DNA of 64,000 nucleotides from Candidatus Poribacteria bacterium (GTDB lineage Bacteria; Poribacteria; WGA-4E; WGA-3G): NCBI GenBank assembly GCA_965205065.1, contig CBDBFT010000001.1, positions 5,102,569 to 5,166,568 of the forward strand, read 5' to 3'. Shown piece by piece: positions 59,081 to 64,000 of this stretch (position 1 is its first letter; each line of letters starts with the position of its first letter). The notes under the pieces were generated by a model. It saw only the letters and a program-made list of their open reading frames with translations, ran no database searches and was not told where the DNA came from. The position numbers and the translations under genes were made by a program.

Positions 59081-59818
59081 TTGAAGTCGTATCTCCTAAC
59101 GTTACACAATAAGTACATACGTGGATGGGACCGTCAAACAACGGTGATCTTACTCGCCTCCGCTGTCCTGTTGACATTGCATAGAAACTACAGTAGACCA
59201 CGTGTTTTTCGTAATCACTTCGCGATCTATTTCGAGCATCTCCCCTTAGCAGAAAGCTATCCCTATTTTTACTGGTTTCTGACAACAGGACTATCTCTGT
59301 TCCTAATACCTGTTCTCGTTGCAATGATCGGGACAAAGGAGGGACTTAAAGATTACGGTATCCGGTTAGGTCATCAGAAACTCGGTTGGTGTGTGTCATT
59401 GGCTGCTTGGATTCTAATGATACCTATCGTTGTATTGGCGGTGAAGTTACATCCACCTTTCTTAGAGAAGTATCCGTTTAGTAAAGTCGTTGAGAAAAGT
59501 CTGTTGGCATTCTCTCTTTATCAGTTGGCTTACGGTGTCTACATGATTTCCTGGGAGTTTTTCTTTCGTGGATTCATGCTCTTCGGTTTGGAGAAAAGAT
59601 TTGGAAACTATAGCATTCTGATTCAGACAATTCCTTTTGCTGTCATGCATTTTTCCAAACCCCTTCCAGAAGCACTCGGTTCAATTATAGCGGGATTATT
59701 ACTCGGCGTGCTTGCGTTGGAAACGCGTTCATTTATCTATGGCGCGGCTATTCACTGGTTCGTAGCCATGACAATGGATACAGTGTGTGCGATGGCGCGG
59801 TTATTCACTGGTTCGTAG
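59081..59818 (+). CDS. CPBP family intramembrane glutamic endopeptidase (CAAX protease-like)
   Basis: Motif 1 WEFFFRGFM and motif 2 FAVMHF; 6-7 TM helices. The C-terminus is encoded by the first copy of a 48-bp tandem duplication. Confidence 0.7.
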   Translation: MKSYLLTLHNKYIRGWDRQTTVILLASAVLLTLHRNYSRPRVFRNHFAIYFEHLPLAESYPYFYWFLTTGLSLFLIPVLVAMIGTKEGLKDYGIRLGHQKLGWCVSLAAWILMIPIVVLAVKLHPPFLEKYPFSKVVEKSLLAFSLYQLAYGVYMISWEFFFRGFMLFGLEKRFGNYSILIQTIPFAVMHFSKPLPEALGSIIAGLLLGVLALETRSFIYGAAIHWFVAMTMDTVCAMARLFTGS

Positions 59819-59840
59819 CCATGACAATGGACACAGTGTG
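59743..59840. repeat. 48-bp x2 tandem duplication (2 mismatches) at the 3' end of the CPBP gene
   Basis: gcgcggctattcactggttcgtagccatgacaatggatacagtgtgtg and gcgcggttattcactggttcgtagccatgacaatggacacagtgtgtg, separated by cgatg. Confidence 0.8.
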
Positions 59841-59915
59841 TGTTGTTTTGAGATAGTAGATTGTCCAGACTAAATATGTAGGTCGGGTAGAGGAACGAAA
59901 CCCATAGGTGTCAAC

Positions 59916-61232
59916 TTAAGGATTTTCTACTCCTTGTAGAAGTACTAAAGTTGTGTTTTTCCCTTGATTTTGTATCCTCTTCTGACTTTTTTGTAAGGTT
60001 TGTTTTATTTCTTCAAGAGTTTTTCGTAGTGCGGTTTTGGATTTACCCAAACTGATTGTAATTTTGCGTGCGTATAGATTAATGAGTTCTGCTGTTTTGA
60101 TGATATTGTGGTGTATACATCGCCAACCGCTTGCTATCATAACCCAGTGTCTTAGGAGTTGTGTTATAAGTTTGGCATATACCTCACATAAAATAGCATA
60201 TGGTTTTTCTCTGCGTGATTTGTTTACTTCTCCGACACTTTTGAAACATTTAAACATGAGTTCAACTTGCCATCGAACGCGAGTGGTTGCTGCAATCTGT
60301 TCTACTGATAGTTGTGTCGCATCAACATTTGTAATAAAAACATACCACTCAGCGCGTTTTAGGCGTTCTTTTGATGGAGTGTCCCCTCTTCGCGCCGCTT
60401 CGCGTCTGATGGCACGGCGATGGCTGTTTGCTTGTTCTTCAGAAAGTCGTAATGCGACAAGCCGTATAGGCAGTTTCTTAGTAGCACCGATGAAGCAGTT
60501 AAAATCAATAACGTCTAAGGTTTCTGAGGTAAGACGCTCTGTCAAACAAAGATGTTCTTCAAGTTCGTCAAATAGCTTACATCTGGCTTTGAGTTTTGAT
60601 ATCCAAGAGACACCCTTTTGTGTCATTTTTTCAAACGCATCCAATGAAAAGTATCCGAGGTCTGCTAAACACAAACTTCCCTCAGGCAATGGTGAAAAAT
60701 GTTCTGCAGCCTTACTATCAGGTATGACCCCATCAGTTAGATCAAAGTGATGAAAAGTGCCTGTCAAAACATCAAAGCAAAGTTGGAGTTTCAAGGCAGA
60801 TTTGGGTTGTTTGCCCTTATTGCGTGGTGCTTCATGTATTGTGTGAAGTTCATCTGGCAGGGCAATCCAAGTGCTGTCTTGTACATATACACCAGTGAAC
60901 TGATCCAACATCGGAAGATATTGCTTCCTCGCAGTCAGGACTTGAGTTGCTGCTACTTCAAGTGTTGCCTTGAGTATTTTAGCTGTCTCAGGGGTCATCC
61001 GTTTTGCAATCGCTTGTCGAGAAATATCAATACCCAAATCTTGTGCTGTATTAGCAAGATCAGCATAACTCGCATCTGGTTTTTCGAACCACCCACATAC
61101 AAGTGTCTGAATGAAGCGGGCAAACGGGAGTTTTCGGATTCTTTGGATAATCCCTAACTCCCGAACTATTTGATCGACTGAAGGGTTGAAAAGTTCTTGC
61201 ATGATGTTAGAAACTTGTGTTATTATGAACAT
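59916..61232 (-). CDS. IS4-family DDE transposase
   Basis: YVQDSTWIALP, LADLGYFS and RWQVELMFKCFKS motifs typical of the IS4 DDE_Tnp_1 family. Its stop codon lies inside the left IR. Confidence 0.8.
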   Translation of the reverse strand: MFIITQVSNIMQELFNPSVDQIVRELGIIQRIRKLPFARFIQTLVCGWFEKPDASYADLANTAQDLGIDISRQAIAKRMTPETAKILKATLEVAATQVLTARKQYLPMLDQFTGVYVQDSTWIALPDELHTIHEAPRNKGKQPKSALKLQLCFDVLTGTFHHFDLTDGVIPDSKAAEHFSPLPEGSLCLADLGYFSLDAFEKMTQKGVSWISKLKARCKLFDELEEHLCLTERLTSETLDVIDFNCFIGATKKLPIRLVALRLSEEQANSHRRAIRREAARRGDTPSKERLKRAEWYVFITNVDATQLSVEQIAATTRVRWQVELMFKCFKSVGEVNKSRREKPYAILCEVYAKLITQLLRHWVMIASGWRCIHHNIIKTAELINLYARKITISLGKSKTALRKTLEEIKQTLQKSQKRIQNQGKNTTLVLLQGVENP

Positions 61233-61302
61233 TGGAACACCTCTTGATAAGTTTATAAGATAAAAATAACTTTACTCTATATTATGCCAATACCTTCGCC
61301 AA

Positions 61303-62721
61303 TTATCCTGGATTTAGATTGACTTGTGTGTTGTGAATAGCACCGATAGAACTTAGGTGTCCAATAATTTGTTCAATAACAATATCTTCAGGTTTTTGCG
61401 GAAGTATTTTTAATGTTTCGTTCATATACTTCAAACCCCGGTAGTGCGATTTAAGATCTATGACACTATAATCGGGTATCTGACACCTATAGTCTTCCAT
61501 GAGTTTAGCAGATACATTTGTCATAAACATTGACAAGTTCACGGCATTGTTTATAGGGGTCTCTTTTACATTCATGAAATCTTCCATACCCCAATGTTGT
61601 TTTGCGTCTCGGAAGTTGAACTCAATTTGAAAACGAAGCGAATAATAATCTATCAGTTTTTCTGCGTCAAGTTCTAAATCAGAACTGAACAATAAGACGT
61701 GTACTTGCTTTTCCGTAGTCAAGTTCGTCTTTAGGACACAAACGACGTTCAATGGGTCTGGGAACTTTTTGTGGCGTAGTTCCATTTGATATATTTCGGT
61801 TTTTAGATTACCATCTATCTGTGTAGAAACACAATACTCTGCGTCAATCTGTCGTGGATTGAAGCGTTCTCCATAGATTGCGGGGCGTCCGCGTTGTCCC
61901 TCATTCTGTGTCGTCGGTGGTAAATGCAACGCAGCATCTGTGCGTAGTTTTGAAATAAGATGGAGTCCACATTGTTCTACCATTTGTAGAGCGTTATTGT
62001 TCCCAAAATATCCATCCAGGACCAAATAACGGACAGGTATCAAGTTATTGATTACTTGTAAAACCTGTATGAGTATCGTTTGAAGTTGTTTCAAAGTATC
62101 ACTGAGAACGACCTCTTTTTTGTTCTTATTTCGGCTTCCTTTAGGACGCCCGGGTTTAGGTTTTGTTTTCTTCGTGTCGTCTAAGGGTTCATTCGGAGAA
62201 CTAACAGGTTCTGAGGTTTTTTCATTTCGAACGATTTGCCCAATAGCCATCGGATAGGAATGCCGTTTAGAGATATCGATTAAGGATATGGCTAAAAACG
62301 ATAACCCGGGAATGCTTTTCCCATACAATGAGGAAAAAAAGCGCGATAAACCATGAGTGCATTTTCCGCTTTTGCTTATGACGACTTCGTCGCTTGCTAA
62401 GATATAAGCACTTTCACGATCAAGTAAGTGTGTACGAAAAAACGTCCAGCACAATGTTGTCCAAGGAAGAACAGTGTTGAAAAAGCGTTGTATTGTGCGG
62501 TAGCTACCTCCTTTAGATGTCCAACGAGAGATATTCAACATTGTCACTCGTCCTGTCATCGCAAGTTGTGCAAATACAATTTGACATAACTGACGGATCG
62601 TCGTTTGTGAAATACATGGATTAAGAACTGAAAAAAGTGCTATAATTTCTAACATGGGTTTTTGTCCTTTTATTTTGTTTTTATAGTGTAAAACTATAAG
62701 ACAAAAACCCATTTTATTCAA
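61303..62721 (-). CDS. IS4-superfamily (IS701/IS1634-like) DDE transposase
   Basis: LDGYFGNN and FRDAKQHWGMEDF motifs, plus a basic KPKPGRPKGSRNKNKK linker. Confidence 0.7.
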   Translation of the reverse strand: MNKMGFCLIVLHYKNKIKGQKPMLEIIALFSVLNPCISQTTIRQLCQIVFAQLAMTGRVTMLNISRWTSKGGSYRTIQRFFNTVLPWTTLCWTFFRTHLLDRESAYILASDEVVISKSGKCTHGLSRFFSSLYGKSIPGLSFLAISLIDISKRHSYPMAIGQIVRNEKTSEPVSSPNEPLDDTKKTKPKPGRPKGSRNKNKKEVVLSDTLKQLQTILIQVLQVINNLIPVRYLVLDGYFGNNNALQMVEQCGLHLISKLRTDAALHLPPTTQNEGQRGRPAIYGERFNPRQIDAEYCVSTQIDGNLKTEIYQMELRHKKFPDPLNVVCVLKTNLTTEKQVHVLLFSSDLELDAEKLIDYYSLRFQIEFNFRDAKQHWGMEDFMNVKETPINNAVNLSMFMTNVSAKLMEDYRCQIPDYSVIDLKSHYRGLKYMNETLKILPQKPEDIVIEQIIGHLSSIGAIHNTQVNLNPG

Positions 62722-62963
62722 CTATTTTTGGCGAAGGTATTGTTATGCAAGAGGTGTTTAATTTTTGCAACACTTTTAATCGTATAAAAACAACGTTAAT
62801 CTTTCTTAAGTTGACACCTATGGGTAGAGGAACGAAACCCGACAAAAGCCAATAGCGTATTTGGCGTTGATTTGGGCACGTGATGATTATATCTATCATG
62901 TCGCCAGTTAATATTTTATTTGCGCTTCGCTTTACCCGACCTACAAAGAAACTTGACCAAACA

Positions 62964-64000
62964 CTAAGTATTCTCATTTTCGAGTTCGTGTAGTTTTTCT
63001 TCAAGCTCCACGACACGTTTTTGCAGTTTATTAAACTCTTTTAGTAATGCTGGCATTTTTCTGATTGATGCTTGCAAACGGAGCTCCTGTTTATGGGGTT
63101 GGGCGGGAATACCAGAAAGCTGACTATTAGGTGGGATATCTTTTGTTACAGCAGTTTTTGAGTAGATGATGGTGTTTTCACCAAGTGTTAGATGCCCGAT
63201 TACACCAGATTGACCTGCCATGTTTATACGGTCACCCAATTGGCTACTTCCTGCAATACCTGTTTGCGCTGCTAAACAGCAATCTTTTCCGATAACAACA
63301 TTATGTGCAATCTGTACGAGGTTGTCAAGTTTTGTTCCGTTTTTTATGCATGTTTCAGAGATGGTAGCTCTATCTATTGTTGTATTTGCCCCAATTTCAA
63401 CATCATCTTCAATAACTACAGAACCTATTTGTGGGATTTTATATGGACTATGGTTTGTAGGGTCAGGTGTAAACCCGAATCCATCACTACCGATTACGGC
63501 ACCACAATGAATAATGACTCGGTCTCCAATGATGATATTATCGCGTATACTGACATTGGCGTATATTAATCCATCACATCCAATTTTGCTCCCCTCTCCG
63601 ATATAAACTAAAGGCATAATTACTGTATTGTCACCAATTTCTACATTGTCTTCTAAGACACAGTGCGGTTGTATTGAGACGTTTCTGCCGATTTTAACGT
63701 TTTTTCCGATAATCGCTGTTTCATGAATACCAGTCTGTTGGGTTTTCTCTGTTCCTTGGGCAAATAATTCTAAGACCTTTACAAATCCCCAATAGGGGTT
63801 GTCAACGCTGATTGTTGCTTTTCCGTTGCCAGAAACACCGTGTCCTAAGATTATGGCTGATGCCTGCGTAGTTGCGATGGCACTTAGGTATTTTGTATTT
63901 GCTACGAAGGTTATCTGGTTCGGAACAGCTTCTTTTATGCCGGATACACCAGTTATTTCAATCTCACCATCCCCATGAAGTTCGCCACCAATATGTTCAC
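62964..64000 (-). CDS. lpxD: UDP-3-O-acylglucosamine N-acyltransferase (partial, N-terminus beyond window end)
   Basis: Hexapeptide left-handed beta-helix repeats. A C-terminal coiled coil (LQKRVVELEEKLHELENE). The reading frame stays open upstream of the track start 63617 to the window edge, with an LpxD-like N-domain (ITGVSGIKEAVPNQITFVANTKY...). Confidence 0.75.
   Translation of the reverse strand, partial: EHIGGELHGDGEIEITGVSGIKEAVPNQITFVANTKYLSAIATTQASAIILGHGVSGNGKATISVDNPYWGFVKVLELFAQGTEKTQQTGIHETAIIGKNVKIGRNVSIQPHCVLEDNVEIGDNTVIMPLVYIGEGSKIGCDGLIYANVSIRDNIIIGDRVIIHCGAVIGSDGFGFTPDPTNHSPYKIPQIGSVVIEDDVEIGANTTIDRATISETCIKNGTKLDNLVQIAHNVVIGKDCCLAAQTGIAGSSQLGDRINMAGQSGVIGHLTLGENTIIYSKTAVTKDIPPNSQLSGIPAQPHKQELRLQASIRKMPALLKEFNKLQKRVVELEEKLHELENENT

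Larger units (their letters stand above)
59904..62821 (-). mobile_element. IS4-family insertion sequence carrying a second, nested IS4-superfamily element; 17-bp terminal inverted repeats and 19-bp flanking direct repeats
   Basis: Left IR ataggtgtcaacttaag (59904-59920) and right IR cttaagttgacacctat (62805-62821). The direct repeat gggtagaggaacgaaaccc occurs at 59885-59903 and 62822-62840. The inner element has its own IRs, ccaataccttcgccaa (61278-61293) and ttggcgaaggtattg (62745-62759). Confidence 0.65.

Overview
This 64-kb window looks like chromosomal DNA from a moderately AT-rich bacterium, possibly an uncultivated lineage rich in TPR, WD40 and BNR beta-propeller proteins and sulfatases. 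It is densely coding and mixes housekeeping genes with a long accessory stretch.

The housekeeping set covers several functions:
- Chromosome segregation: scpA and scpB.
- Amino-acid and sugar metabolism: thrC, xylA, dapB and an LL-diaminopimelate aminotransferase.
- Cofactor synthesis and transport: lipA and cstA.
- Translation and secretion: lepA and lepB.
- Lipid A synthesis: a partial lpxD that runs off the window end.

The accessory features I can support are:
1. A selenocysteine decoding locus: selB immediately upstream of a 94-nt tRNA-Sec (anticodon UCA, 8-bp acceptor stem, 6-bp D-stem with 4-nt loop) that abuts lipA.
2. A seven-gene putative zinc-starvation island:
   - secreted proteins: a Cys/His-rich repeat protein and a His/Asp-rich lipoprotein;
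   - transport: a TonB-dependent receptor and a ZnuA/TroA-like binding protein;
   - chaperone module: a small ORF, a COG0523 GTPase and a WD40 protein translationally coupled to it.
   Candidate Zur-like operator palindromes precede it.
3. Three type II toxin-antitoxin modules: a HigB toxin whose partner is a HigA-N-like domain fused to about 13 TPR repeats instead of an HTH, a hicAB pair, and a HicB-like antitoxin with a RelE/ParE toxin.
4. A 96-aa remnant resembling the C-terminal tail of a type ISP/IIG restriction-modification enzyme.
5. An ECF sigma factor fused to a roughly 740-aa BNR beta-propeller extension, co-oriented with an orphan FtsX permease and an acidic membrane protein.
6. 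A 1291-aa membrane PP2C/SpoIIE phosphatase with periplasmic Reg_prop/Y_Y_Y sensor propellers.
7. A two-gene operon of unknown-function membrane coiled-coil proteins behind a 1-kb structured leader.
8. A 16S rRNA gene followed only by tRNA-Ile(GAT), with no 23S rRNA downstream; its 27F primer site carries three mismatches, and TA genes and an IS element flank it.
9. Two IS4-superfamily transposase genes, one apparently nested in the other, bounded by 17-bp terminal inverted repeats and 19-bp direct repeats that split a palindromic hairpin.
10. Several perfect tandem duplications (77 bp x2, 22 bp x2, 48 bp x2) and repeat-rich intergenic regions.

No CRISPR array and no selenoprotein gene with an in-frame TGA were found in the window.
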